Part shown: piece after piece, positions 39,601-48,924 of the stretch
How positions within the stretch are numbered: position 1 is the stretch's first letter
Layout of the letters: every line of letters begins with the position of its first letter
Assembly: GCA_052043585.1 (NCBI GenBank)
Contig: JBQEQV010000024.1
Location: forward strand, 1 to 49,298
Direction: 5' to 3'
DNA length: 49,298 nt
Origin: Anaplasma sp.
GTDB lineage: Bacteria > Pseudomonadota > Alphaproteobacteria > Rickettsiales > Anaplasmataceae
Program-made: the position numbers and the translations under genes
Notes under the pieces: generated by a model
Told to the model about the DNA's origin: nothing
Seen by the model: only the letters and a program-made list of their open reading frames with translations
Databases searched by the model: none

Positions 39601-40551
39601 TTATCGGCTCGGGGCAAAAGACGCCCGCATCATAGCCTCAATTGGTTTGCGAGCACCAACCAGAATATCTTCGCTTATACTTACCTCTGGCGACTCCTCC
39701 GCAATGCACTTGTACAACTTTTCGAGAGTGTTGAGTCTCATGTACGGACACTTGCTGCAGGCATCGCAACCCTGTCGGGAGCCGACTACGTAGAACTTGC
39801 TTCCCGGGGACGCTTTCTTCATTTGGTATATTAGCCCCTCCTCAGTAAGCACAATAAACTCCGATCCGGGGTGCTCAGCAGTATACTTCAGCAAATGGGC
39901 GGTAGATCCTATACAGTGAGCGTATTTCAGCAGGTTTCCTGGACACTCTGGGTGTGCAACGACATGGGCATTTTCGTGCCGCACTGTCAGGTCCACAAGG
40001 CTTGCCTCGGAGAAGCTCTCATGTACAACGCAACTACCGTGCCATAATAGCATTTCCCTTCCGGTTTTTTGCTGCAAAAATTCCCCTAAGAATCGATCCG
40101 GCGCAAACAATATCTTTCTGTCTTTTGGAATGTCACTAATTATTTTCGCAGCATTTGAGGAAGTGCATATTATGTCTGAGTAGCACTTAACCTCAGCAGA
40201 AGAGTTGATGTAGGTAACGGCGACGTGATCACCGTGCGCCTGTCTAAATTTTTTAAAGTCCTCCCCGCGGCATGAGTCCGCAAGCGAGCATCCAGCTTTC
40301 ATATCAGGAATTATAACCTTCTTGCCAGGATTTAAGATCTTGGCCACTTCGGCCATAAAAAAAACCCCACAAAAAATTATGAAGTCTGCACCAGTTGTGG
40401 CTGCCTTTCTTGATAGCTCCAGAGAGTCCCCCACAAAATCAGCAATTTCCTGTATTTCATCTTCCTGATAGTAGTGCGCCAAAATGACGGCATTTTTCTC
40501 CTTGGCGATCTCTCTAATCTCGCTCAACAAGTCGCTGTAATTATCTGACAT
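39601..40551 (-). CDS. nadA: Quinolinate synthase
   Basis: Motifs ILAHYYQ, GDSLEL, FCGV.FMAE, GCSLAD, YINSS, HPEC and CPYM. Start ATG 40551 or GTG 40563. Confidence 0.97.
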   Translation of the reverse strand: MSDNYSDLLSEIREIAKEKNAVILAHYYQEDEIQEIADFVGDSLELSRKAATTGADFIIFCGVFFMAEVAKILNPGKKVIIPDMKAGCSLADSCRGEDFKKFRQAHGDHVAVTYINSSAEVKCYSDIICTSSNAAKIISDIPKDRKILFAPDRFLGEFLQQKTGREMLLWHGSCVVHESFSEASLVDLTVRHENAHVVAHPECPGNLLKYAHCIGSTAHLLKYTAEHPGSEFIVLTEEGLIYQMKKASPGSKFYVVGSRQGCDACSKCPYMRLNTLEKLYKCIAEESPEVSISEDILVGARKPIEAMMRASFAPSR

Positions 40552-40624
40552 CTTGGCAGGCACGTTCGCTATTCAACGCTAGAAGCATACCAACAAAATT
40601 GTTTTTTTATAACTTAAATAAGCT

Positions 40625-40858
40625 ATGTTCCTGGAGTTTTGTCGCCGAGCATCCCATAATGGACCTTACAACTCCAAGCATGCTCGTACCGAAGAGGAAG
40701 ATGTTGCAGTTGTTGCCCGGCTAGTTCGTCCGGTTCAAGTTGGCACATGCACAAAAGAAGCCGGACCATCGCCTCAAAGGCTTACAAACTGCTTCCACAA
40801 ACACAGAGCACACTCTAGCATAAAGACATTTCCTATGGGGGTCCCTACAAATGCGTGA
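40625..40858 (+). CDS. Possible 77-aa ORF overlapping the portal start
   Basis: The stop overlaps the portal ATG (ATGCGTGA). No RBS or homology seen. Confidence 0.25.
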   Translation: MFLEFCRRASHNGPYNSKHARTEEEDVAVVARLVRPVQVGTCTKEAGPSPQRLTNCFHKHRAHSSIKTFPMGVPTNA

Positions 40859-42035
40859 AACTTTCAGTTTTCTAAACAGAAGTAACAACATATCTTCGTC
40901 ATTCATAGAACACTGCAGGGAAGCGACATGGGGAGACCGGGATTACACAAATTTCGCAAGAAACGGCTACATCAAAAACGTTATTGCTTTCAGATCCATA
41001 CACATGGTGGCTGCAGCGGCAGGTTCGGTAAACATCACCCTGCATAAAAACACTGAGAATGGTGTCTTCCAGATATTTCATCACCCAATACTATCGCTGC
41101 TGTCCCGCCCCAACTACACCATGACAAGGTCTGAACTGATAGAAGGGATAGTCACCTATAGGCTTATCAGCGGGAACTCCTATATCCTATCCATAGAAAA
41201 TCGGGACATGGTTCCCAAGGAGTTGTACCTACTGAGGCCCGACAGAGTGGAGATTACCCACAAGCCCGGTAGGGACGCTGTTACGTACCGTTACCGGGTA
41301 AACGATGAAGTGCACGAATTTCAGGTGGATAGAGCTACCAATCGGCACGACCTGCTGCACTTGAAAAACTTCCACCCCCTGAATGATTGGTACGGTCTCT
41401 CAACAATAGAGGCAGCCGCTTACAGTATAGACCAACACAACCAAGCTAGTTCGTGGAACCAAGCAATGCTGCAGAACGGTGCCCGTCCTAGTGGAGCCTT
41501 GGTCGTGAAAACCAAAGACGAACGCAATAACACTCTGACCAAGGAACAATATCAAAGGCTCAGAGCACAAATAGAAGAGCTCTACACAGGATCACGAAAT
41601 GTCGGGCGGCCCATGCTGCTCGAGGGTGGATTGGAGTGGAAGGAAATGAGCTTGTCTCCCAAGGACATGGACTTCATTGAATCTAAAAACATCTCTGCCC
41701 GAGAGATTGCATTAGCATTTGGAGTATCCCCACAGCTGTTAGGAATACCCGGCGATAACACGTACAGCAACCTTTCGGAAGCTAGATTGGCTCTCTGGGA
41801 GCAAACGGTCATCCCTCACCTAGAAAGCATCCTAGCACATCTCAATTCGTGGCTGGTCCCCAGGTTTGACGGCAATTTGTTTCTGTCCTATGACAAGGAA
41901 TCTATCAGTATCCTGACCGAGAAAAGACAGAGGCTGTGGCAGTACGTACAAAATGCAACGTTTATGACAATCAATGAGAAGCGGGCCTCTTTCGGACTAC
42001 CCCCCATAGAGGGCGGTGACGTTCTACAAGACTAA
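40851..42035 (+). CDS. HK97-family phage portal protein (gene-transfer-agent-like)
   Basis: Motifs HP...LL.RPN, ELYLLRPDRV, HPLNDWYGLS, NGARPSGAL, MLLEGGLEWK...SPKDMDF, AREIALAFGV, GIPGDNTYSN and T.NEKR, typical of RcGTA-type portals. Confidence 0.93.
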   Translation: MRETFSFLNRSNNISSSFIEHCREATWGDRDYTNFARNGYIKNVIAFRSIHMVAAAAGSVNITLHKNTENGVFQIFHHPILSLLSRPNYTMTRSELIEGIVTYRLISGNSYILSIENRDMVPKELYLLRPDRVEITHKPGRDAVTYRYRVNDEVHEFQVDRATNRHDLLHLKNFHPLNDWYGLSTIEAAAYSIDQHNQASSWNQAMLQNGARPSGALVVKTKDERNNTLTKEQYQRLRAQIEELYTGSRNVGRPMLLEGGLEWKEMSLSPKDMDFIESKNISAREIALAFGVSPQLLGIPGDNTYSNLSEARLALWEQTVIPHLESILAHLNSWLVPRFDGNLFLSYDKESISILTEKRQRLWQYVQNATFMTINEKRASFGLPPIEGGDVLQD

Positions 42036-42063
42036 AGGCATTTTTTCAATTACGGTAACTGTA

Positions 42064-42519
42064 ATGAACATTATCAAGCGCTCTCCCCAGCAAAGGCCGG
42101 GACAAGGGAGTTTTCAGGGTTACGCGAGCGTTTTTAATCGCGTGGATGGCCAAAATGACACAATAGAGCCGGGAGCTTTCGCAGACTCGCTAAAGCAAAG
42201 AAGGATAGTCCTCTTGTGGCAACACAGCATAACAGAGCCCATAGGTAAGGTGCTCAGAGCGCGCGAAGATTCTTTCGGGCTGCTGATATTGGCCAAGCTT
42301 AACCTGGAGATACAAAGAGCCCAGGAGGCCTACGCCCTGATGAAAGATGGAAGCATAGACGCGCTGTCCATCGGGTACAGAGTAGTTAAATCCAGGCGAG
42401 AAGGTAGGTCAGGCGTGAGAGTGATCTCAAGGATAGACTTATGGGAGATTAGCATCGTCTCTTTTCCCGCAAACAATATGGCAAGAATCAGCAGAGTGGA
42501 AAAAGGAGTCTTGCGCTAG
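42064..42519 (+). CDS. HK97-family prohead maturation protease (gene-transfer-agent-like)
   Basis: Motifs FQGYASVF, LLWQH, LSIGY and LWEISIVSFPAN. Start ATG 42064 or GTG 42016. Confidence 0.92.
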   Translation: MNIIKRSPQQRPGQGSFQGYASVFNRVDGQNDTIEPGAFADSLKQRRIVLLWQHSITEPIGKVLRAREDSFGLLILAKLNLEIQRAQEAYALMKDGSIDALSIGYRVVKSRREGRSGVRVISRIDLWEISIVSFPANNMARISRVEKGVLR

Positions 42520-42536
42520 AAGCAAGATCATCAATT

Positions 42537-43397
42537 TCAATGGTGCCTCTGTACTCCGCTCAGATCTATTACCACCCTGTATATGCACCTGTTGTCTACT
42601 TCCTTCACCAAAAAGACCGCTCCGCTTTTATGGTCCAGGACCTCACCTACATTGGGAACCCTCCCTGCCATGGAGAGAATCAGCCCACCCACAGTCACGT
42701 ACTCTTCTTCCTCGGAATCCCGCAGCGTAATACCCAAAGACTGCTCCAAAGTGCGCACCAGAACCCTGGCATTCACCTCAATTTTATCGTTGGAGATGTC
42801 TACGATGTCGGGGATAGAAGGGACATCGTGTTCGTCTTCTATGTCACCAACGATTTCTTCAATGATGTCCGCCATGGTGACAAGCCCGTCCGTGCTCCCG
42901 TATTCGTCCAATACTACTGCCATGTGCACCCGAGAAGACTGCATTTTCACAAAAAGATTAACTGCCTTCATGGAGTGCGGCACGTACATGACGTTGTGTA
43001 TGATGCTCTTAACGTTGAACTCACCACTCTCCCTAGACGTTATGTCCTTGATGTGTATGAACCCAATTATGTTATCCACGTTATCCTTGTAGATGGGCAC
43101 CCTGGTGTATTGACTCTTCAGAACCTTGTTGAGCAGATCACTGTCATCTATTCCGAGGGAGAATATCTCGGACCGCTGCACCATGACTTCTTTCACCGAG
43201 CACCCATCCAGCCGCATCAAGTTGCTCATGATGTGTGAGCCATCAAAGTGCAATACGCTCTCGGCAACTATCTTGCTCTTTACGAACTGTTCAAACCCTG
43301 GCAACAGCTTCAGAAGAAGCGAGTAAAAAAACCGTTTTAAACCACCAAGAGGAGAACCGCCACTATCTTCACCATCCTCAGAAACTCTACTTCCCAT
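42537..43397 (-). CDS. CBS-pair plus CorC/HlyC transporter-associated protein (TlyC/CorC family)
   Basis: Motifs TRVPIY, HMAVVLDEYG.TDGLVT..D..EEIVGDIEDEHD and TVGG....GRVP. Confidence 0.92.
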   Translation of the reverse strand: MGSRVSEDGEDSGGSPLGGLKRFFYSLLLKLLPGFEQFVKSKIVAESVLHFDGSHIMSNLMRLDGCSVKEVMVQRSEIFSLGIDDSDLLNKVLKSQYTRVPIYKDNVDNIIGFIHIKDITSRESGEFNVKSIIHNVMYVPHSMKAVNLFVKMQSSRVHMAVVLDEYGSTDGLVTMADIIEEIVGDIEDEHDVPSIPDIVDISNDKIEVNARVLVRTLEQSLGITLRDSEEEEYVTVGGLILSMAGRVPNVGEVLDHKSGAVFLVKEVDNRCIYRVVIDLSGVQRHH

Positions 43398-43801
43398 TAG
43401 AAGCTAACCAACAAACCACCCACATAGAGTTTCAGAGTATAACCACCTAAACCCCTCCTTTCCACACAAAGTTATTCTGTATAACTGTGTTGATAACACT
43501 GTAAATGAAAGGTGGAATAAAGATATCAACAAAGCGTCATGGTGTTATACACAGAGTTCTCAGAAAAATGCGCTGTTCACCGAGTTCGGCACAGTCCTTT
43601 GGCTCAGCAGTTATCAACACAATTCACACATATTTTATGCACATAAATTTGTGCACAAAATCAGGTACTTAGATACTTTACTAACAAATTTATTCACAGA
43701 AAGGCGCACCACGCATTGTGTGAAATTACGCATGATATGGAGTTATCCACACAATTCACAGGTATAATAAAAAATATAATTATACATAAGGAAGATTATT
43801 T
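43398..43801. other. Probable chromosomal replication origin (oriC)
   Basis: DnaA-box-like 9-mers TTATCCACA (43743), TTATACACA (43545), TTATCAACA (43611), TTATGCACA (43635), TTATTCACA (43690) and reverse TGTTGATAA (43488). IHF consensus AATCAG-GTAC-TTA at 43659-43671, AT-rich tract at about 43763-43801. Lies between the CBS gene and hemE, the established origin position in Anaplasmataceae and Wolbachia. Confidence 0.88.
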
Positions 43802-44830
43802 ATGTTTAGTTCAAAAGAACAAGCTAAGGTACTCAAGAGAACTCTACAGGAAAGGAAGTTTCAGGGTAGAATTCCTGTGTGGTTCATGAGGCAGGCTGGG
43901 AGATATCTTCCTGAGTATCATAAGGTTATGGGGGGGATAGAGGACTTCCTTCAGGCGTGTTATACCCCTGAGATAGTGGAGGAGGTTACTCTTCAACCGG
44001 TGATGAGGTTTGATGTCGATGCTGCAATAATGTTTTCTGACATTATGGTGGTCCTTGACGCCTTGGGTTACGGAATGGATTTCAAAAGGGGGTATGAGCC
44101 TAAAGTTTTGGGTAGGCACTCAAAAAATTCCCTGAATGATGCTATCTCAAAGCTTTCCCCCGTTTTTGAGGGTATAAAGAGAATTCGAAAGTCCCTTCCA
44201 GAGGAGAAAACGCTTATAGGATTTGCCGGCTCCCCCTGGACAGTAGCAACTTACATTTTTGGAAGTAGGAAGGGTTTTTTTGATATGAGAAAAAATGAGC
44301 TTCTTAGTACAGAAATCCCGTCGCTGAGGGAGACGATAGACGAGATCGCGGAGCTTACCTCCCTTTACTTAGTCAAACAGGTAGAAAGCGGAGTAGATGT
44401 TCTTCAGCTATTCGATAGCAACGTATCTGTTCTTCCAGTAAGGCTATTTGAGGAATTCGTTATTCGTCCCACAAAGGAAATAGTTTCCTCTATTCGAAGT
44501 AAATACCCTGATGTTCCTATTATTGGGTTTCCAAAGGGCGCTGGAGTGATGTACAAGAGATACTCCGAGGAGACTGGGGTATCTGCTGTGAGTATTGACT
44601 ACAGTATACCTGTGCAATGGATAGTGGAGAATATTGGTTGTCCAGTTCAGGGTAATCTGGATCCGTTTTTACTGGCGTACAATCTTGAAAAGTCAAATGA
44701 AAGTGCCAGGAAAATAGTTAAGAAGTTAAGAGACAAGCCTCTAGTATTCAACTTAGGGCATGGTATGCTTCCAGAGACACCAGTAGAGAATGTGGAAAGT
44801 CTCATCCGAGCAGTTAGGGAGGCTATGTGA
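43802..44830 (+). CDS. hemE: Uroporphyrinogen decarboxylase
   Basis: Motifs PVWFMRQAGRYLPEY, FSDI, IGFAGSPWT, QGNLDP and FNLGHG. Confidence 0.98.
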   Translation: MFSSKEQAKVLKRTLQERKFQGRIPVWFMRQAGRYLPEYHKVMGGIEDFLQACYTPEIVEEVTLQPVMRFDVDAAIMFSDIMVVLDALGYGMDFKRGYEPKVLGRHSKNSLNDAISKLSPVFEGIKRIRKSLPEEKTLIGFAGSPWTVATYIFGSRKGFFDMRKNELLSTEIPSLRETIDEIAELTSLYLVKQVESGVDVLQLFDSNVSVLPVRLFEEFVIRPTKEIVSSIRSKYPDVPIIGFPKGAGVMYKRYSEETGVSAVSIDYSIPVQWIVENIGCPVQGNLDPFLLAYNLEKSNESARKIVKKLRDKPLVFNLGHGMLPETPVENVESLIRAVREAM

Positions 44831-44837
44831 AATAATC

Positions 44838-44867
44838 TTGACACCCTCTCTCTTTACTCTGTAAGGT
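44838..44867 (+). promoter_or_regulatory. Possible sigma70 promoter of coxC
   Basis: TTGACA-N18-TAAGGT. Confidence 0.35.
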
Positions 44868-44899
44868 TCCATTACTCCTTTGGTGGTTGTAGCCTTACT

Positions 44900-45721
44900 A
44901 TGAAGAAAAGACACCAACACCAAGTGCTTCCTCCGAGCCCTTGGCCTGTGCTCCTCTCTTTGAGTGCTCTCCTCACCGCTTTTGGAGTGATAAAGGTAGT
45001 ACAAGATGGTGTTTATTGGCTGGCAGCCCTGGTACTTGGGGGAGGCTGCACCACAGCAGTCCTGTACAAATGGTGGTGCGACGTTTCATCTGAGACTAGG
45101 GATGAGAGTCTCTTCACCCACGCGATAAGGAACGGTATGCGAATAGGCCTGGCCGTCATGATACTGTCAGAAACCATGTTCTTCTTCGCCTTCTTTTGGT
45201 CATTTTTTAAAGCTTGGCTTTTTCCTATATACACCCTGATCGATTTTTCTGAGAAGGTCAGCACTTCCTGGCCTCCGGATGGGATAAAGACCGTAGACCC
45301 ATGGTCCATCCCGTTCCTAAATACAGTTACCCTCCTACTGTCAGGGTGTACTATCACATGGTCACACCACCTACTGCTCGAAAACGATATAAAATCTTCT
45401 TCCAGACTTCTTCTTGCAACAATAGTACTGGGAATTATTTTCTCTTCCTTTCAGCTTATTGAGTACACACATATCGGCTTCACTCTAGGTGAGCTAGAGG
45501 AGAGAACAATATACCCGTCTAACTTTTTCATAACTACGGGGTTCCACGGGCTACATGTGGTTGTTGGGGTAATATTCCTGACTGTGTGCTGGTTTCGCAT
45601 GAGGCGGGGGCAAATTTCCGCTGAGTGCCACGTAGGGTTTGAGTGTGCGGCCTGGTACTGGCACTTTGTTGACGTTGTGTGGCTGTTCCTGTTCATCTTC
45701 CTATACATTATGAGCTCTTAG
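44900..45721 (+). CDS. coxC: Cytochrome c oxidase subunit III
   Basis: Motifs PSPWP, SETMFF, WPPDGI, NT..LL.SG, TGFHGLHV and AAWYWHFVDVVW. Confidence 0.96.
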   Translation: MKKRHQHQVLPPSPWPVLLSLSALLTAFGVIKVVQDGVYWLAALVLGGGCTTAVLYKWWCDVSSETRDESLFTHAIRNGMRIGLAVMILSETMFFFAFFWSFFKAWLFPIYTLIDFSEKVSTSWPPDGIKTVDPWSIPFLNTVTLLLSGCTITWSHHLLLENDIKSSSRLLLATIVLGIIFSSFQLIEYTHIGFTLGELEERTIYPSNFFITTGFHGLHVVVGVIFLTVCWFRMRRGQISAECHVGFECAAWYWHFVDVVWLFLFIFLYIMSS

Positions 45722-45725
45722 GAGG

Positions 45726-46220
45726 GTGATAGTTATCGGTCTAGACCCTGGGCTTAACTTCACTGGCTGGGGGGTCCTCTCGTTCACAGCAAGCCAGCCT
45801 ATCTCGCTTGTAGGCAGTGGTGTTATCTCCACGAAAGGGCTCGGCAACGAAAATGAGAAGCTGTACCTGATATATGAAGAGCTGATCTCCATTGCAAGTC
45901 AGTACGAGATTGCTGAGGCATCAATTGAGAAGGTCTTCATTAACTCGAATCCTCGCTCGTCAATGTCACTCTGCTACGCAAGGGCAGCTTCCATAATCTC
46001 CATGATGCACAAGGGCATTAAGATATACGAGTATGCCTCTACTGCGGTGAAGAAGTGTGTAACTGGCAGCGGAATGGCAGGGAAGGAACAAGTTGCTTTC
46101 ATGGTTCGAACTACGCTAGGGTTAAATGATGAAACGGTGTTTAACCACCACTCATCGGATGCTCTGGCGACTGCTATATGCCATGCATATAACAGTCGAA
46201 ACCGTAGCTACTACACCTAG
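45726..46220 (+). CDS. ruvC: Holliday junction resolvase RuvC
   Basis: Motifs IGLDPGL..TGWG, IEKVF, VKK.VTG.G.A.K.QV and DALA.AICH. Confidence 0.96.
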   Translation: MIVIGLDPGLNFTGWGVLSFTASQPISLVGSGVISTKGLGNENEKLYLIYEELISIASQYEIAEASIEKVFINSNPRSSMSLCYARAASIISMMHKGIKIYEYASTAVKKCVTGSGMAGKEQVAFMVRTTLGLNDETVFNHHSSDALATAICHAYNSRNRSYYT

Positions 46221-46804
46221 CGAAAAAGCTTGGTTTCTTCGCCACGCAGCAATCTCATAATATTTGCTCTGTGCCTTACCAGAACTATGAGTGATGTGGC
46301 CAAATATATGAGGAAGGAGTTTAGCTCCTCGCTGACCATACAATAAGCGCAAGAGACCAATATAGACATGATGGACGAGAGGGATGAGTACCTGAACAAT
46401 GCACAAGACGAAGCCCAGGTCAGTAGCAGCACTAGGCAAAGCTTGTAGTCCATGGCAAGGGTGATCCCGATCATTACAGCAACGCCCCTTCCTCCCCTAA
46501 ACGCCAACCATATTGGGAAGATATGTCCAATAACGGACGATAGCCCAGCAAGATACAGGACGTCTCTGGGCAGCCCGTACTTCTCAAGAAAGAGTAAGAC
46601 TACACATGACTTAGAGGATTCCAGTATGAGAGCGACTATCCCGAGCTTTTTGTTCATTCGGAACACGTTGGTAGCCCCCGAATTTCCGGAACCGGTTTCT
46701 CTAAGATCTTTCTTATAGAAAATTCTGGTCAACATATAAGCAATTGGTACTGACCCTGCTAGGTAGGCAACGGACAGTGACCCGACTAGGGATAGCAGAA
46801 CCAT
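46217..46804 (-). CDS. plsY: Glycerol-3-phosphate acyltransferase PlsY
   Basis: Motifs YLAGSVP, DLR..GSGNSGATN..R, GHIFP..L.FRGGRGVA and RHRANI.RL..GEE. Confidence 0.93.
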   Translation of the reverse strand: MVLLSLVGSLSVAYLAGSVPIAYMLTRIFYKKDLRETGSGNSGATNVFRMNKKLGIVALILESSKSCVVLLFLEKYGLPRDVLYLAGLSSVIGHIFPIWLAFRGGRGVAVMIGITLAMDYKLCLVLLLTWASSCALFRYSSLSSIMSILVSCAYCMVSEELNSFLIYLATSLIVLVRHRANIMRLLRGEETKLFR

Positions 46805-46874
46805 ACAAAATTCTCTTCATAGTCTGAAGATTACAACATACACTTGAAAGAGGCTCTAGTCACGTGGGTATATT

Positions 46875-47693
46875 GTGTTCGAGGAGGTGATACGCTCCGC
46901 ATGGGTTGAAGACCTAGGCAGTGACGGGGATATAACTACAAACTGCATATTCGGTGAAGAGAAGATAAGGTTCTCCGTAAGCTCCAGAGAAAAAATGGTC
47001 TTGGCAGGCATTGTGGCTGCAGAGGAGATATTTGCCATATACGGGCAAGGTGTTAGCTTTGTTCTGCTTAAAGGCGATGGGAGCGATATTTCTCCGGGAA
47101 CAAGCATTATAGAGGGCCAAGGGCCCGCTTCCAAGATTCTATCCCTCGAGAGGGTTTTATTAAACTTCTTGCAGCGCGCTTCTGCAATTTCCTCGTGCAC
47201 TCGGGAATTTGTTTTGGCAGTTTCTGGAACTAAGGCTCAGATTCGAAGTACCAGAAAAACTTCTCCAGGTTTGAGAGAATTTGACCTGTATGCCGTGAGA
47301 ATCGGTGGTGGTGGGAGTTACAGGAGAGGCTTATACGATGGTGTCATGGTAAAGGACAATCACATAGCCAGCTGCGGATGCATCACTGAATGTGTTTCCA
47401 GAATTAGGGAAAAGCTTGGGAATAGCGTGTTTATTACAGTAGAGTGCGACAGCATGGAGCAGGTGGAGGAGTCCATAAAAAACTCGGTGAACTTGGTAAT
47501 GCTGGACAATATGAGCATCTCAGACATTAGAGACTCTGTGAGAATAGTTAAGTCCTCTGCTAAAATTGAAGTCTCAGGGGGGGTCAATATGGGAAATGTG
47601 CGAGAGATTGCCCATTCCGGAGTGGACTACATATCGATAGGTGCCATCACTCACTCCTTCTCATGCAAGGACATTGGGCTGGACGTGTACTAG
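46875..47693 (+). CDS. nadC: Quinolinate phosphoribosyltransferase
   Basis: Motifs ED....GDITT, ER..LN.LQ, TRKT.PG, VKDNHI, MLDN and SGG. Start uncertain. Confidence 0.96.
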   Translation: MFEEVIRSAWVEDLGSDGDITTNCIFGEEKIRFSVSSREKMVLAGIVAAEEIFAIYGQGVSFVLLKGDGSDISPGTSIIEGQGPASKILSLERVLLNFLQRASAISSCTREFVLAVSGTKAQIRSTRKTSPGLREFDLYAVRIGGGGSYRRGLYDGVMVKDNHIASCGCITECVSRIREKLGNSVFITVECDSMEQVEESIKNSVNLVMLDNMSISDIRDSVRIVKSSAKIEVSGGVNMGNVREIAHSGVDYISIGAITHSFSCKDIGLDVY

Positions 47694-47706
47694 AGACCTA
47701 GGGGCT

Positions 47707-48852
47707 CTACTTCCCCTGACTTATGTCCCTCCAGAAATCCTTCACCTTCTGAAAGAATCCGGAGTACTTGGGGCTGCAGTTGGCGCTGGATTCTTCATCA
47801 AACTTCTTCAGGAGATCAATTTGCTTTTTGGTTAGCTTCACCGGGGTCTCCACGGTGATGTAAACATACATGTCCCCTCTCTTGTCCTTGGCATTCACTT
47901 CTGGCATTCCCTTGCCTTTCATTCTCAACTTGTCCCCACTCTGAGACCCCTCCGGGATTTTTAGTCTGGTCCACGACCCATCGATGGATGGCATCTCTAT
48001 TTCCCCTCCGAGGGCGGCGATAGTCATCTTAATTGGAACACTACAGTGGAGATCAGAAGCCTTCCGGGTGAAGAATTTATGATCCTTGACCATAACATAC
48101 ACGTAAAGATCACCTTCCCTTGCCCCTCTACATCCGGCTTCGCCTTTACCGTTGACTCTTACCTTATTCCCCGTGTCGATGCCCTTGGGTACTGTCACGA
48201 GTAGGCTCACTTCGTCCCTGACCCGACCTGTCCCACCGCATTTTCTGCACTTATTCTTAATGACCTCACCTTCCCCGCTACACACGTGGCACACTTCTTC
48301 GATGGTGAGGAAGCCCTTCCTAGTTCTGATGCTCCCGGCACCGTTACATGTACCACACTTCACCGAGCTGACTGCACCTTCACTCCCGCTACCAGAGCAG
48401 GAGGAACATTTTACATTGGTTACGTAGCTAATCGGGACCTTGATCCCATTGAACGCATCCTCCAGGGAAATTTCTATGTCATACCGGAGATCAGAGCCGC
48501 GCATGTTCTCTCGGCTGCTTTGTCGGGTTGACCTACCAAATCCTCCACCGAAGAAGTCGTTGAAGATGTCAGAAAAATCTGTTGAGAAACCACTAGAAAA
48601 ATCGAAACCGCCAGTGTTTCCTCCACCTGAAAAGGCACTGTGACCATAACGATCGTACGCAGCCCGCTTGTCAGGGTTAGCTAGGACCTCGTACGCTTCA
48701 CTGATTTTTTTGAACTTTTCCTCAGCCTCTTTGTTGCCAGGATTCTTGTCCGGGTGGTACTTCAGAACCAGCTTCCGGTACGCTTTTTTTATTTCCTCCT
48801 CACTGGCGCCTCTACCAACCCCAAGTGTCTCATAATAGTCGTTGCTGCCCAT
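47707..48852 (-). CDS. dnaJ: Chaperone DnaJ
   Basis: J domain with HPD, a G/F-rich region and four CxxCxGxG repeats. Confidence 0.98.
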   Translation of the reverse strand: MGSNDYYETLGVGRGASEEEIKKAYRKLVLKYHPDKNPGNKEAEEKFKKISEAYEVLANPDKRAAYDRYGHSAFSGGGNTGGFDFSSGFSTDFSDIFNDFFGGGFGRSTRQSSRENMRGSDLRYDIEISLEDAFNGIKVPISYVTNVKCSSCSGSGSEGAVSSVKCGTCNGAGSIRTRKGFLTIEEVCHVCSGEGEVIKNKCRKCGGTGRVRDEVSLLVTVPKGIDTGNKVRVNGKGEAGCRGAREGDLYVYVMVKDHKFFTRKASDLHCSVPIKMTIAALGGEIEMPSIDGSWTRLKIPEGSQSGDKLRMKGKGMPEVNAKDKRGDMYVYITVETPVKLTKKQIDLLKKFDEESSANCSPKYSGFFQKVKDFWRDISQGK

Positions 48853-48888
48853 TTTTGCTCTTGAAAAATACTTTTAAAGCAAGTTAGT

Positions 48889-48918
48889 TATCTATGCATT
48901 AGAACGCAAAAATTCAAG
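48889..48918 (-). promoter_or_regulatory. Putative sigma32-type promoter of dnaJ
   Basis: On the minus strand, CTTGAAT-N17-TAGATA, resembling the alphaproteobacterial RpoH pattern CTTGAA...TATAT. Confidence 0.45.
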
Positions 48919-48924
48919 GACTGA

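Noticed and set aside
40851..42519. Prophage call for the portal and protease genes
   Set aside because: No integrase, att sites, replication, lysis or tail genes, and the flanks are core genes. A GTA-like relic fits better.
42540..43238. Long antisense ORFs such as 42540-43238, 3354-3878, 10538-11050 and 13861-14400
   Set aside because: They lie opposite well-conserved genes and have no motifs, so they are shadow ORFs.
43441..43801. CRISPR-like reading of the repeats near 43.6-43.76 kb
   Set aside because: Only two 20-bp copies, irregular spacing and no cas genes. DnaA boxes explain them.
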